Origin: Sphagnum compactum
Taxonomy: Eukaryota
Assembly (NCBI GenBank): GCA_965153455.1
Contig: OZ234493.1
Coordinates: 19,520,213-19,584,212 of the forward strand
Reading direction: 5' to 3'
DNA length: 64,000 nt
The notes beneath the pieces were generated by a model. That model worked only from the letters and a program-made list of their open reading frames with translations, ran no database searches and had not been told where the DNA came from. The position numbers and the translations under genes are program-made. Shown here one piece after another: positions 63,331-64,000 of this stretch (position 1 is the first letter of the stretch; the number at the start of each line of letters is the position of its first letter).

Positions 63331-64000
63331 TATAGGGCAAACATTAAGAAATGAATTGAAATTTATTTTAAATTTATAAATCACTAAAATAATGATCACC
63401 TGTAACAATGTCACAATCACATGCCAAAACTATATATATATAAAAGAAAATAGCTTCTTTTTTTGTTGTAGCATATTGTAGTTAATTTTTAAATATTATC
63501 ATTGCTTGTAAGTCTTGTTTCTCCTTTTGACTTAAGTTGCACAATTCCTTGTATTATATTCAAGTAAAACAAAAACAAAAGTTGGCTAATGCTACTCCCA
63601 TGAAGAAGGGAGGTTGACTTTCCTTTATTAATATTTGCTTGAATATTATAAACCAAATTAGCTTGCCTATCAATGCTGAGGCATTACGGGAACATGGAAT
63701 GCAGTGGTGATTCCAATGAGTGTAATGCACTCTTGTGAACAAAACCAAAAGAAAAAAAAATAAAGAAAAGAAAAGCCACCTGCCAGCCTAAATGCATACT
63801 ACTAGTCTAAAGCAAAAAAAATGCTAATATAATTCATTACCACAAGTGTTGTTTTTTTTTTTTTTTTTTTTTGATATCAAATATTCTGGAAAATTTTAAC
63901 CAATTTTTAAAAAAAAAGTAGTCGAATTTACAGTGGGAAAAAAAAAATCCAAAAAAATCCCAATTTCTTTGTCAAAAAATGGCAAAATTTCGCCAGGAAA

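Overview
Eukaryotic, intron-rich land-plant DNA. It looks like a bryophyte, probably peat moss (Sphagnum); that is inferred from gene and repeat style only. 2.1-16 kb is a gene cluster: an intact 10-exon SBT2-type subtilisin protease (+), a convergent gene for a large acidic protein with an N-terminal SAP/HeH-like motif (-), and an inverted, intron-retaining subtilase pseudogene (-) that has lost its catalytic Ser. 16-47 kb is mostly transposon debris: an intron-containing hAT transposase relic, a CRE-like non-LTR retrotransposon split by two nested MITEs, an L1 fragment, fold-back elements and a non-autonomous CACTA-type element with a 3-bp TSD. At 48.2-48.9 kb is a secreted HRGP/extensin-like gene built of 22 YSSPSPV heptads. 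50-64 kb holds two CACTA transposase relics and the clearest structural find: a complete 2.67-kb non-autonomous Helitron (55612-58285, -) carrying an uninterrupted RPA70 OB-fold fragment next to its 3' hairpin. Removing it restores a dispersed repeat found intact at ~7320-7505. All calls come from reading the sequence by eye; no searches were run.
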